From IMG/VR virus record IMGVR_UViG_3300028550_004390, positions 2,734 to 66,733 of that record: a stretch of DNA of 64,000 bases, one strand, 5' to 3'. Source of the stretch: a virus. A program made the translations under genes and the position numbers. This document shows, piece by piece, positions 26,031-37,387 of this stretch. How positions within the stretch are numbered: the first letter of the stretch is position 1; every line of letters starts with the position of its first letter. The notes under the pieces were generated by a model. That model was not told where the DNA came from. It ran no database searches and saw only the letters and a program-made list of their open reading frames with translations.

Positions 26031-26080
26031 TAATAGACATGTAAATATAAGGTATAACTAGCGAAATAAAAAATTATTCC
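26031..26080 (-). promoter_or_regulatory. class B promoter, near-duplicate of 45652..45700
   Basis: taatagacatgtaaatataag..ataact....aaataaaaaattatt in both places. Confidence 0.65.
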
Positions 26081-26084
26081 CTGG

Positions 26085-26504
26085 TTATTTTCCTAAGTTA
26101 TAATCTAGAAGCATTATCCCTGACATCTTTTTTATATCTAAGGTTCTATAGCTTGTGTTGTATTTACTACCCATTTTAGATTTTAAAATGCCCTCATATA
26201 TTGCACGAGGACTTCCAGGCAGATTTAGCTTTGGGATATTATTTTTAACCCCAGGTTGGGATATAGAAGTAGTACCTACTGTTTTAGCTAGATTTATAAA
26301 TGTTATAGAATTAAACTCATTGAGAGATAAAGCATGTAACTGGCCTTTGTAATTTACATCTAGAACCAGAAGAATATATTCGCCCCCTGATTGGTCCTGG
26401 CTCGTATACCTGCATTTAACAATCATTCCCTCGGTAAGCTTGTCTTTAGATATTATAAATCTAGATTTTACTCTAGTATTATGTTCACTATAAAAGTTCG
26501 CCAA
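26085..26504 (-). CDS. hypothetical protein
   Basis: 139 aa ORF, TTG start. Confidence 0.6.
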   Translation of the reverse strand: MANFYSEHNTRVKSRFIISKDKLTEGMIVKCRYTSQDQSGGEYILLVLDVNYKGQLHALSLNEFNSITFINLAKTVGTTSISQPGVKNNIPKLNLPGSPRAIYEGILKSKMGSKYNTSYRTLDIKKMSGIMLLDYNLGK

Positions 26505-26961
26505 GACTATATCCTTTTATATTCTTAATAGCAGATAGATATGCGTCATAGTACTGAGCATTATCCATATCTATTTTCGATTCATAATTAACATCCTGGG
26601 AGTATTGCTTCTCTTCAGATTGGGTTAACTTAATTATAGGGGCATAGCACCATTTGTACTCGTTTTTATTCCCAGTAGGAAATACAATGCCTTCTGTTGT
26701 TTGAATAGATGATGGGTACCAATACGATTCACCATCGTCGAATCTGAGGTCTTTCATAAGTCTAGGCATTTTAGATTCAAAAGTATTTAAATCAAAGTCT
26801 GGGTTCTTTTTGTAGTTTAATGGAAATTCATTTGTAAAAAAGCCAGAGCTAAGATCCATTCTGGTTTGCATATTTTTATCATCATACTCAGTTAAGACCC
26901 TGTCTTTTCCTGTGATAGGACTTTTAGTCCAGACATCTTTTGTCGCTTTTTTATTATTCAT
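26488..26961 (-). CDS. hypothetical protein
   Basis: 157 aa ORF in operon. Confidence 0.7.
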   Translation of the reverse strand: MNNKKATKDVWTKSPITGKDRVLTEYDDKNMQTRMDLSSGFFTNEFPLNYKKNPDFDLNTFESKMPRLMKDLRFDDGESYWYPSSIQTTEGIVFPTGNKNEYKWCYAPIIKLTQSEEKQYSQDVNYESKIDMDNAQYYDAYLSAIKNIKGYSLGELL

Positions 26962-28219
26962 ATGTTTGAAGTGCCTCTAATTTTGGTACTTTGGGTTCAA
27001 AGCTAGGAACGTTATTTTCTACTTGCTTTGTAAATAGTTTAGTCATTTCATCTAATGTAAAATTATCTTTTATATATTGTTTTTGCTTTCTAGATTTAGC
27101 AAGATGTTTTTTGTAATTAGATTCAACATCCTTTATAACTCCCATAGCATATCCATAGTCAACGTAATACCAACTAGAACCTTCAATAATAACTTTTTCC
27201 CACTGAGCTGACTTGTGAACTGGCTGTAGTTGGCCTTGTAGTAGTAACCCATGTTCAGAAAGGAAATCAAGATGTCCAGACCAATTTGAAGCCAAAATAG
27301 GTTTTCCAGTTATTCCAAATTCTAATAGCGGTCGTCCGAATCCTTCTCCATGAGTAAAACTTACCATAGCCTTAATTTTAGGATGGTGGTATAAGCCATT
27401 CATTTCTTCAGAGGATAAGTCCCCATGTAATAAATACACATTTGGGACTGTACCTGAAGTCTCTACCGAGCTTCTGATCTGACGTATTCTATCTAGCATG
27501 TTTTCTCTATCAGTAACTGAATACCCTGCTGAAGATGTTTTAATTATTAAAGCAGGTTGATTTTTAGATGCTTTATTTTTAAAGGCTTCTAAAAAAGTCC
27601 TAAGTGTTCCTCCGGTGTCTTTTCGATCGTGGCCAAAGTCCCCATTAAGCCAATGGCCAACCATTAAATAGCAATTCTTTTCAGGAATAGTGTCTAATGA
27701 TGAACAAATGGACTCTGGATATTTTTGGAACTTATTAAATACTGACAGGTCTAAGCCTTCAAATAGGACTTCTATTTTTGTATCTAAAACAAGCTCAGAT
27801 GTTACTTGTTGGGTGTTCGGATCCTTTCCTTGGTACTTAGTATTTTCAAATACCTTTTTAGCATGCTCAGATGGTACAATAACCAGGTCCATCCTATTAA
27901 CTCCCTGTAACCATTCTGGAGAAACCATAGTTGTTTCCATTCCGGCAGTTATGCCTATATTATATTTGCCTACTTGTTGGAATTCCGAAGGCACTGTTAC
28001 TTGGATCCATACATCTGGCTTAGCCGTTAATTGCGGAATTACCATTTTAGAAAATTCTTGAGGCATAGCATTTCTAGGACACGATCCCCAGGGCTGATCT
28101 AGGATCCCTATAGAAAACTTATCCATAGCTATTAAGCTACGTATTAGATCTCTAGCATGGTCACCATACCCAGATCTACTAGAAGCTGGGGCACTTATTA
28201 CTAAATTAGGCTTAATCAT
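26954..28219 (-). CDS. glycosyltransferase family 4-like
   Basis: SRSGYGDHARD, HGEGFGRPLLE, NWSGHLDFL; likely start ATG 28219. Confidence 0.88.
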   Translation of the reverse strand: MIKPNLVISAPASSRSGYGDHARDLIRSLIAMDKFSIGILDQPWGSCPRNAMPQEFSKMVIPQLTAKPDVWIQVTVPSEFQQVGKYNIGITAGMETTMVSPEWLQGVNRMDLVIVPSEHAKKVFENTKYQGKDPNTQQVTSELVLDTKIEVLFEGLDLSVFNKFQKYPESICSSLDTIPEKNCYLMVGHWLNGDFGHDRKDTGGTLRTFLEAFKNKASKNQPALIIKTSSAGYSVTDRENMLDRIRQIRSSVETSGTVPNVYLLHGDLSSEEMNGLYHHPKIKAMVSFTHGEGFGRPLLEFGITGKPILASNWSGHLDFLSEHGLLLQGQLQPVHKSAQWEKVIIEGSSWYYVDYGYAMGVIKDVESNYKKHLAKSRKQKQYIKDNFTLDEMTKLFTKQVENNVPSFEPKVPKLEALQTYE

Positions 28220-29616
28220 ACTAAGACTCCTGAAGGTGCTACTGGAGCATGTATTGCTGCATTTATGAGAGTAAAGTTTTTCCGTGGCTCCCATGTTTCT
28301 AAACACGTATTAATTGAATTTGTCATAGCTTCTGCCATTCCTTTAGCTGTAAATTTATTTTTAATTGCCCAGGTTCTTCCTGATAGGCCTTTTTCGGCTC
28401 TAATTTCTTTTCCCATTTCATACCAATATTTTAGTCCTTTTGTTATTTGATCTAGGGAAACCCTTGAATCGTAAATATATGGGGTTGCTGGTGATCCCTG
28501 AAGGGCTACTTGTGGCCATAAAGGATATACCCATTCTCCATGTTCCTGGGCAATTTTACCTGTGCTATTACTAGGTATTTCAGCAGTAAAATCTTCGAGA
28601 CCCATTGGGCGATCATTAATAGTGAACCCCATTTGATCTTGTAATCCTCCTATGACTGATGCTATTGTTGGGGTACCAGCCATTATAGCTTCCATATGAG
28701 TTAATCCAAACCCTTCTGCTGATGATGGGTTGCACATAACGTCTACTATATTATATAGATAATTTAATTGTTGTTGCTCTAACTTGCCATTACTAAATAT
28801 AATGTCGGAATCCTTAGCTAGCTTTTGGGCCACAACCTTTAAATCTGTTCCTGCTTGGTCTACTATATCCGTATGAAGTATTAGGGCTGTTTCGGATCTA
28901 GCTTCTTTTGGAATTGACAATACAAACGAATTAAATGCTGAAATAAGATCAGCAGGATGTTTTCTTAAAATATTTCTAGAGTTGAAAAGAGCAATATAAT
29001 TATATTCTTTATTTCCAAATAGTTTTTTCTTAAATTCTAATAGTTCTGGATCGTCCTGAGGTAGAGGCTTAAATATGGTTTCGTCTATACCATGTTGGAC
29101 ATATGTTAGGTCTTTACCTTCAATTCTAGGTTTTCTAACACAGACATTTTTATTTATATTATATGTTTGCTGGGATATTGCCATTAACATGTCGCACGAT
29201 TCATAAGCATTTTCATTCCAATGCGGATATGGAAGATCATCCCATATATTATAATACATAATAGGAATGTTCTGGCGTAGCTCGTGCTCCATATCATACA
29301 GCCAACCCCAAAATCTTGGGTCTGTGAAGTGTAATATTGCATCAGGTTTTTCCTTAGCAATTACAGCTCTTAGAATATTAGGATCTCCATAACCGCTAAC
29401 AGGATATAGTCGAAGCGATGCATCTTTAACTCCTGTTTCTTGAGCTACATGCCCACTCATATCTAAAAATTTTCCTTGTTCGGGGTGTGATACTGCTCCA
29501 GCCATTTGGACCCAGTCAAAGTCTTTTAAACTGTTTATGACAAACGATTTGGACATCGTGCCGATACCAGATGGGATCCTTAGATCATCTGACAATAGTA
29601 ATATTTTCTTTTTCAT
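28216..29616 (-). CDS. glycosyltransferase family 4-like
   Basis: LLLSDDLR..SGIG, RNILRKH, SSAEGFGLTHMEAIMAGTP..GGLQDQ. Confidence 0.9.
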   Translation of the reverse strand: MKKKILLLSDDLRIPSGIGTMSKSFVINSLKDFDWVQMAGAVSHPEQGKFLDMSGHVAQETGVKDASLRLYPVSGYGDPNILRAVIAKEKPDAILHFTDPRFWGWLYDMEHELRQNIPIMYYNIWDDLPYPHWNENAYESCDMLMAISQQTYNINKNVCVRKPRIEGKDLTYVQHGIDETIFKPLPQDDPELLEFKKKLFGNKEYNYIALFNSRNILRKHPADLISAFNSFVLSIPKEARSETALILHTDIVDQAGTDLKVVAQKLAKDSDIIFSNGKLEQQQLNYLYNIVDVMCNPSSAEGFGLTHMEAIMAGTPTIASVIGGLQDQMGFTINDRPMGLEDFTAEIPSNSTGKIAQEHGEWVYPLWPQVALQGSPATPYIYDSRVSLDQITKGLKYWYEMGKEIRAEKGLSGRTWAIKNKFTAKGMAEAMTNSINTCLETWEPRKNFTLINAAIHAPVAPSGVLV

Positions 29617-29622
29617 TAAAAC

Positions 29623-29790
29623 CTATTTATTTTCATTAATCATTTTTCTAAATTTAGTATCTTGGACATACTTCTCCAAGACTATATTTACTAAACTTTG
29701 GAAAGTCATATTGTCTTCTATAGACATTATTTTAAACCTTTTATGATTGTTCTTGTTAACATTGACCGAGGTCAGTTTTGCATTTTTCAT
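29623..29790 (-). CDS. 55-aa ribbon-helix-helix-like DNA-binding protein; not in ORF track
   Basis: MKNAKLTSVNVNKNNHKRFKIMSIEDNMTFQSLVNIVLEKYVQDTKFRKMINENK; AGGAG RBS; beta-alpha-alpha pattern. Confidence 0.7.
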   Translation of the reverse strand: MKNAKLTSVNVNKNNHKRFKIMSIEDNMTFQSLVNIVLEKYVQDTKFRKMINENK

Positions 29791-29839
29791 AACTTATTCT
29801 CCTATAACTCATATATAAGTATATATTAGAAGAGATTAT

Positions 29840-30268
29840 TCATGACACAATAACTATTTTTTTATTTAATTTATGGGCTTCTCTAATGGTATGTAAACTA
29901 CCTGATGATTTTTCGCCTTCAGTTATAAAGGCAATGATGTAGTCCGAAGACTTTGCTAACAACTTATTCCTATGAAAGAAATTTTTTGGACTGTAAGTCT
30001 TACCATAGAATGCCTCATTCATTGCTGAATATAGATTCTTATTCGTATGGGAGGGGTTAAACTCCCGATAATAACATTCGAACTCCAAAGCATATTTTTT
30101 GGCCAAAGCATCTGCCCCATGAGGACATCCTCCTGAAAGTATTATTAGTTGGTCACCGAACTTTTGCTTTAGCGAATAGATCATCTCCTTCACCTTCTTT
30201 TTGTTCTGCCATGTTCGGCTTCCAACTATGCCTACCTTTACTGGGCTTGTCGAGTTTCTTTCGGACAT
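29840..30268 (-). CDS. SLOG-superfamily (YspA/DUF2493-like) protein
   Basis: VGIVGSR, SGGCPHGADALA, RNKLLA, SSGSLHTI. Confidence 0.8.
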   Translation of the reverse strand: MSERNSTSPVKVGIVGSRTWQNKKKVKEMIYSLKQKFGDQLIILSGGCPHGADALAKKYALEFECYYREFNPSHTNKNLYSAMNEAFYGKTYSPKNFFHRNKLLAKSSDYIIAFITEGEKSSGSLHTIREAHKLNKKIVIVS

Positions 30269-31161
30269 ACATTATAATCTTTTGCGAATGGACACCAACG
30301 ACAATTACAGTTTTTTTCTCCAGATATAGCAGGAAATTCTGCCTCAGTCTTATATGTACCATCCATGTTAAACACATTATCTACAAAGGTATCTAGTTTT
30401 TTAGACATCTTATTAAGTGATGGTTTTCCATTTGATGGTTCGTAGACCTGAAAACGTTTCATAGGAAAGTCCATATTTTCATATAGCTTTCTTTTTACGA
30501 TTAGGTATTCTACGGTTATATCTGACTCAGGCACATCATACTGCTTAGAAAAAAATCTTTTGTAAAGCCGGAGCTGATCGCCATTTTTCTTTTTCTCAGC
30601 TTTAGACCAACCCCAAGTAGATGTTTTTAAATCTAGGATTCTGATCTTATTACCTTCTTTAAGAACCACGTCCATAAACCCAAATACAATTATATTAGGA
30701 TTTGTTTCGGTTTCCATAAAAATAGGCATTTCTATTCCGAGAAGTTCTGTGTTTTTCTTAGAGAAGTACTTGCCCCTATTCTTAACCAGATAGTCTAGAA
30801 TGTCTACGCCTTGATAGTAAATATCTTGAAGGTCATCCGCTGTGCTAAAGTGTTTGCCCTTTTCCTTCTCTACTGCTTTTTTATAGAGGTCGAACATTGT
30901 TTGCTTTAGCATTTGAGCCAGAGGCAAAGCTTCTGCTTTTTTAGCAGTTTCGCCATACATAACTTCTAGGAATTCCTGAATGACTTCATGTATAGCAGTT
31001 CCGAAAACATTGAAAATGGTAGGGTCCCACTTGCCAAGCTTCTTTATGTACTGTAGCTCCCAATGTTTTGGGCACTGCGAATACATATTGAATTGACTAT
31101 ATGAGATGGTTTTCTTACCCATCTTTTTAGCCTTAAGATAATATTCAGTATGTTTTTCCAT
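30238..31161 (-). CDS. PD-(D/E)XK exonuclease (RecB/Cas4-like)
   Basis: ISYSQ...CP, FGTAIH, GFMDV...ILDLKTS, QLRLY, CNCRWCPF...C. Confidence 0.88.
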   Translation of the reverse strand: MEKHTEYYLKAKKMGKKTISYSQFNMYSQCPKHWELQYIKKLGKWDPTIFNVFGTAIHEVIQEFLEVMYGETAKKAEALPLAQMLKQTMFDLYKKAVEKEKGKHFSTADDLQDIYYQGVDILDYLVKNRGKYFSKKNTELLGIEMPIFMETETNPNIIVFGFMDVVLKEGNKIRILDLKTSTWGWSKAEKKKNGDQLRLYKRFFSKQYDVPESDITVEYLIVKRKLYENMDFPMKRFQVYEPSNGKPSLNKMSKKLDTFVDNVFNMDGTYKTEAEFPAISGEKNCNCRWCPFAKDYNVCPKETRQAQ

Positions 31162-31180
31162 TTGACCTATTTTGTATACT

Positions 31181-31235
31181 ATTAATATACGACTTGTTTA
31201 GTAAATACTACGATGTTAACCGTTAAAAAACGTTA
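31181..31235 (-). promoter_or_regulatory. 55-bp class A promoter cassette, copy 3
   Basis: Similarity to copy 5 extends ~85 bp into the start of the downstream gene. Confidence 0.8.
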
Positions 31236-31445
31236 TTTCGAGATCTTATTCTCTGTGTGTTCTATTAGCCTATCCAGATACTGTTTGGCTTTGTATAGAT
31301 CCTCGAGGCCATTCTTATGCCGCCATCTAGTGACGTACTTAAGAATGTTACCCTCGAAGAAATCCATACTGTGAGAATACGCATAGTCCCACATTTCAAT
31401 GCCATCAGTATAATGGCTTGGATGTTTTATCCTATCCTTATCCAT
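31233..31445 (-). CDS. DUF3310 (SaV-like) protein
   Basis: HPSHYT.GIE...FFEGNILKYVTRWRHKNGLEDLYKAKQYL; start ATG 31445. Confidence 0.85.
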   Translation of the reverse strand: MDKDRIKHPSHYTDGIEMWDYAYSHSMDFFEGNILKYVTRWRHKNGLEDLYKAKQYLDRLIEHTENKISK

Positions 31446-31683
31446 CGCTAGGATCGTTTGGGAGGAACACTTTATTAATGTGCCCACAGCTGTCGCATTT
31501 ATATGTTGGCAGGGGAACCATAGACTCCTGGCCATTTGGTGACAGTATAGCTGATATCTTTTTAAATAAAAATACCGGAGTGAAGACTTGATGACCGCAT
31601 TCTGTACACACTACGTCTGTTAGGTCTTCTGGTTTAATGGCCACTTGCTGTTGCTGTTGGCCCATGTTAATTTGTTTTCCCAT
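31438..31683 (-). CDS. zinc-ribbon protein
   Basis: CTECG...CDSCGH. Confidence 0.7.
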   Translation of the reverse strand: MGKQINMGQQQQQVAIKPEDLTDVVCTECGHQVFTPVFLFKKISAILSPNGQESMVPLPTYKCDSCGHINKVFLPNDPSDG

Positions 31684-31687
31684 GATA

Positions 31688-33349
<1,662 letters not shown>

Positions 33350-33359
33350 TTATATCTCT

Positions 33360-33638
33360 TTATACTATGGTTAATAATTCAGGTTCTCTTATGACTAGGT
33401 ATTCCTCGCCTTCATGGTCAAACTTTTTTGCCCCATGCTTTGGGTATATTACGTGGTCTCCCACTTTTGTTTGCATATCGCCACGGTCTCCACTCATTAG
33501 GTGAAAGCCAGGACCTACCGCGATTATTTCCCCGACCATTGTTGCCTCTTGGGACGTGTCAGGGATTATTACTCCGCCAGTTGTGATGTCTTGTGCATCT
33601 ACGGGCTTTAAAACTACCTTATCGGAAATTGGTTTCAT
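33360..33638 (-). CDS. groES: co-chaperonin GroES
   Basis: KPISDKVV...TTGGVIIPD...AVGPG. Confidence 0.95.
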   Translation of the reverse strand: MKPISDKVVLKPVDAQDITTGGVIIPDTSQEATMVGEIIAVGPGFHLMSGDRGDMQTKVGDHVIYPKHGAKKFDHEGEEYLVIREPELLTIV

Positions 33639-33666
33639 ATATATTACTCTTTTTTTAATTTAATAT

Positions 33667-36129
33667 TTAAGCTGGTTGGGATACCTTTTTGATATATCCC
33701 TTGTATGCATTAAGCATAGTTTTAACTTCTGGTATGAGTGCGAACTCTTCTAGTTGCTCATAGATCTGCTTTTTGAAGTAGACATCATAATCAATACTAA
33801 AGATGTCTGGTCTGTCATCTATAAACTTTAGGTCTGATTCATTCAAGCATATTGCAGTTTGACGGTCACCTTTCTTTAGATCTGCCTCGCAATTAGACTT
33901 GATGTAGAATAAGAATGGATTATCCTTATTCGTGATCTCAGTACCTAATTTGGTGTTTGCCCACTTAGATGCTTTTACGTGTTGAGGCATAGTCTTTATA
34001 TACTCTGCAAATGGTTTACCAAAAGCTTTGGCTATTCCTAGATCAGCATATGGTATTGTTTCAATCTCTGCCCTAATCTTTAATAGCCAACTTAAGTCTA
34101 ATTCATTCCGAACCGCTTTTTCAGCCATTTCATTAAGTTTAGACTTTAGGAATTCAGGGGTGTCTTTTCGGATTATATTTAACCCGCGAATGACTTTTTT
34201 ATTGTTTTCCCGAATGATGCCGTAGTATCGCTTTTTAGCTGAACTGAAGTAGATGTATTCTAAATCATACTCGAACTTAAGATCCATATGCTGATAGTTC
34301 ATATCGATACCGGGATTGTAGTGCTTAACGAAGTTGTCTTCTAGATCCTTATTGAATCCTATAAGCTTCTGTTCCATAGCTTCCGGAGTTTCACCTGCGG
34401 ACTTAACAAATATTGAATCTGTATCTCCATAAAGAGTTTTGTGGCCACGATCCTTAAAGTTGACTATGGCATACTTTAGAGCTTGTCTAGCAAAGAATGT
34501 AATAGCATCTGCACATTCATATGAGCATAGTCTGAAATAGTTAAAGCCCATTGCACCGTATGCCGAATTCATAATAAGCTTAAATGCCCATTGTCTTTTG
34601 TGCATAGCATCAACCTGACTATCATCATACTCACCTGCTTTTAGCTTCCGGTTAATCTCCACTCTTTGGTGAAATAGACCTTTTAGAGCTTGTGGTAATA
34701 TACCTTGTTGGTGTGAGTGTGCGTAGAATAGGTAGCGACCACCGATCAAGTCAGTTTGTTTACCAGTATCGACATAGTCAATATTCTCGGCTTTTAACTG
34801 AGCTATAATATCTTCTATATCCATTCCAGCTTCAATGCATGCTTGTTCTGAAGCTATGAATGTTTCAGGGCTAATATTGAAAGCCATTATAGTTGTTGGA
34901 TATAGAGAAGTGTAGTCCATTACAGTAACATCTTCGGTCCTACCAGGTTCGGTAGGGTCTATTACAATAGCACCGGTGAATGGCTTTCGAGGAATTGTTC
35001 TTCGTGTCGGGAATATTAACTTGTTGTGGAATTCCTTGATGATGTAGTTGTCTACGATCATTGACTTAAAGAATACCAGAGAAAGTGATTCTAGATTAGC
35101 AATCTGTTGGATGGCTGTGTATAGATCGAACATCTGGATCTTATCATTGATCTCTTTTAGAATTTCAACGTCACGAATGGCGTAGCGAATAAACCCATCA
35201 TAGTCTTCTAGCCAATCACGCCAAGTCACATCAGTTAACTTATCTAGATCAGGGTCGCCTAAGATCTCCTTAGCAGCAGTAGCTAGCTTCCAGTTAGGTA
35301 GATTGTACCCCATGTCCTGTAGACCCGTCATCATATCTACGTGGTCTAATCCACGAATAGCTGTTCTCCAGAATTCACCACGTTTACGCATATAGATGTC
35401 ATTAATAGGCGATAGCATTTCTGCAGGTAAACCTAAGATCTTACAACGATTAATGATGTATGGCATATCATAGCCATCAGAATACCAACCTGAAAGAATA
35501 TCTACTTTGCTAACCCTAACAAGGTTAAGGAATGCCATAATCATTTCCTCTTCGGTCTTTGTGTAGATGTAGCTGACATTGCCCTTGTCTTCGAGCTTAG
35601 GCTCTTCTAAGTTAGCAGTGTGTTTAGGATGCCACGACATAACAAAGTATTGGTCTTTTTCAGTTGAATAGGTTACCAATGAAGTAATAGGCATTAAAGC
35701 CTTTTCTGGCTTATTCATAGACGAATCATTAGGATCATACCATGTCTCAATGTCATAGTACATGATGTGGCGCTTAGTAGACCATTCCTGCTTATTGTCT
35801 AGTACATATTTGAATTCAGGCTTTACGTCTGCTTGAAATACCTTTCCTGGTTGGCTTTTGGATAACTGGTTCTTTTCTTTGATTGAGCTGTAGTAAACCC
35901 GTTGAACCATTTCACCGTGCAAAGTCTTATAGATCTTTGTATCATTACAATCAAATTGCTTCTTGTCATCAAGATCCGCAATATCCTCATACTTGTAGTA
36001 AAAGTAATCCCGATACTTATCCACGTGTTCTTTATAATTCCCTTTTGAATCATAACCGAACTTGTGAATGTTCCACATACCCCTATCGAATTTAGCGGCT
36101 ATTCTTGAAAGTTTGAAATCCATGTGCAT
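33667..36129 (-). CDS. DNA polymerase family B with 3'-5' exonuclease
   Basis: DIET (ExoI), YDMPY, DYTSLYP, KLIMNSAYG, YGDTDS, KKRYYG. Confidence 0.96.
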   Translation of the reverse strand: MHMDFKLSRIAAKFDRGMWNIHKFGYDSKGNYKEHVDKYRDYFYYKYEDIADLDDKKQFDCNDTKIYKTLHGEMVQRVYYSSIKEKNQLSKSQPGKVFQADVKPEFKYVLDNKQEWSTKRHIMYYDIETWYDPNDSSMNKPEKALMPITSLVTYSTEKDQYFVMSWHPKHTANLEEPKLEDKGNVSYIYTKTEEEMIMAFLNLVRVSKVDILSGWYSDGYDMPYIINRCKILGLPAEMLSPINDIYMRKRGEFWRTAIRGLDHVDMMTGLQDMGYNLPNWKLATAAKEILGDPDLDKLTDVTWRDWLEDYDGFIRYAIRDVEILKEINDKIQMFDLYTAIQQIANLESLSLVFFKSMIVDNYIIKEFHNKLIFPTRRTIPRKPFTGAIVIDPTEPGRTEDVTVMDYTSLYPTTIMAFNISPETFIASEQACIEAGMDIEDIIAQLKAENIDYVDTGKQTDLIGGRYLFYAHSHQQGILPQALKGLFHQRVEINRKLKAGEYDDSQVDAMHKRQWAFKLIMNSAYGAMGFNYFRLCSYECADAITFFARQALKYAIVNFKDRGHKTLYGDTDSIFVKSAGETPEAMEQKLIGFNKDLEDNFVKHYNPGIDMNYQHMDLKFEYDLEYIYFSSAKKRYYGIIRENNKKVIRGLNIIRKDTPEFLKSKLNEMAEKAVRNELDLSWLLKIRAEIETIPYADLGIAKAFGKPFAEYIKTMPQHVKASKWANTKLGTEITNKDNPFLFYIKSNCEADLKKGDRQTAICLNESDLKFIDDRPDIFSIDYDVYFKKQIYEQLEEFALIPEVKTMLNAYKGYIKKVSQPA

Positions 36130-36151
36130 TCTTTTGTTGTTTGTTTATATA

Positions 36152-36206
36152 GCTAATATACGACTTATTTGGCTATTACTACGATAAATAGCGTTAATTT
36201 TTAAGA
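36152..36206 (-). promoter_or_regulatory. 55-bp class A promoter cassette, copy 4 (upstream of PolB)
   Basis: gctaatatacgactt...actacgat...cgttaa. Confidence 0.7.
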
Positions 36207-36644
36207 TTATTTTTCACCCGTACTGCCAAAACCACCTTCACCTCTTGCTGACTCTTTTTCATATAACTGAGCTTCTGGGACAATATTAACATTGTGTGGA
36301 CCTAATGGTAATAATACAAATTGAACAATCTTATCACCAGGATTAATGACCTGTTCGAATTCCCCAACGTTTGTCAAATTTATATGCACTTCACCTTGAT
36401 AGCCATTATCAACTACGCAAGCTCCTACATGCAAAGATTTTTTGACAGCTATTCCTGATTTATTAAATGCAACTAAAACAAAGCCTTCGGGGACATTTAC
36501 CTTGACTCCAGAAGCTATTAAGCAAGATTCTCCAGGAGCTATCCTTACCATAGGGTTATCTTCTGGCACGAAGAAGTCTATTCCAGCGTCGGTATTGTTT
36601 GCTCTTGTAGGAGCCTTTACATTTCTAATTTTAGATATTTTCAT
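36207..36644 (-). CDS. dut: trimeric dUTPase
   Basis: AGIDF, KSG, VVDNGYQGE, GDKIVQ, RGEGGFGSTG. Confidence 0.93.
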   Translation of the reverse strand: MKISKIRNVKAPTRANNTDAGIDFFVPEDNPMVRIAPGESCLIASGVKVNVPEGFVLVAFNKSGIAVKKSLHVGACVVDNGYQGEVHINLTNVGEFEQVINPGDKIVQFVLLPLGPHNVNIVPEAQLYEKESARGEGGFGSTGEK

Positions 36645-37387
36645 TATTTATTCTTTTGTCTTAAGACTCCAAGTTCATTCTTGAAGACGTGTAGGGAAAC
36701 TATATGCATATTAAAATAGCCTGGTTTAACATTTTCCCAACCGGGCTCTTTTTTAAGTTGCTCTAACATCCAAAATAGCTTTCCACAAGCTAAATAGATA
36801 TCATCTCTTAAGTGTCTTAGGTAGTCACAAGATCTCATATAGTAAGTTAGATGCATAACATCGCCTCTTCTGATAAAGTGGTATCCTATTGTACATGGGA
36901 CTCTTTCATTATGGGTTGCTCCAGTATCTTCTGGAAACCACATAGGCAAAAATGCTTGTCTGGTGAATGGCTCTTTACGTAACATATCTACTACGTCACC
37001 CATATTGCCATAATCATATCTTATGCCTTTTAGCTTTGGAGTCCATAGCCTTTCTGGATACGTATGACTAAATTTAGTATCAGCTTTGAATTGGGTATTA
37101 CCACTTTGTGCAAATGGCCACCATTCATTACTTGGGGGTGGGTTTAGAGGTTCGCCACCGACTCTTTCATTCAAATGGTCTTTAGCCCATGGGAGGTTTG
37201 GTCGAACCTCATCAATCACTTGTACCATATTGTCAGGTATGACGAATTTGATGGTGTGGTTTAGAAGTTCGACCATTGGTTGTTCAACATTAATAGATTG
37301 CCATTTGCCAGAAAATACCTCGACACCGTTTTTGTGGAGCTTTTCTTTTGCAAATCTAATGGCATCTTTTGGTTTTGTGAACATCAT
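36644..37387 (-). CDS. thymidylate-synthase-family enzyme, probably dCMP-modifying (hydroxymethylase-like)
   Basis: TRQA, VPCT (catalytic Cys), MRSCD...LRDDIY with Asp at the E. coli ThyA Asn177 position, SLHVF. Confidence 0.8.
   Translation of the reverse strand: MMFTKPKDAIRFAKEKLHKNGVEVFSGKWQSINVEQPMVELLNHTIKFVIPDNMVQVIDEVRPNLPWAKDHLNERVGGEPLNPPPSNEWWPFAQSGNTQFKADTKFSHTYPERLWTPKLKGIRYDYGNMGDVVDMLRKEPFTRQAFLPMWFPEDTGATHNERVPCTIGYHFIRRGDVMHLTYYMRSCDYLRHLRDDIYLACGKLFWMLEQLKKEPGWENVKPGYFNMHIVSLHVFKNELGVLRQKNK

Noticed and set aside
30238-31161. Cas4 as evidence of a CRISPR-Cas system
   Set aside because: Stand-alone RecB/Cas4-like exonucleases are common in phages; no array or other cas genes
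36644-37387. Canonical thyA annotation
   Set aside because: Asp in place of the dUMP-specifying Asn and loss of the GLPFN motif argue against ordinary thymidylate synthase
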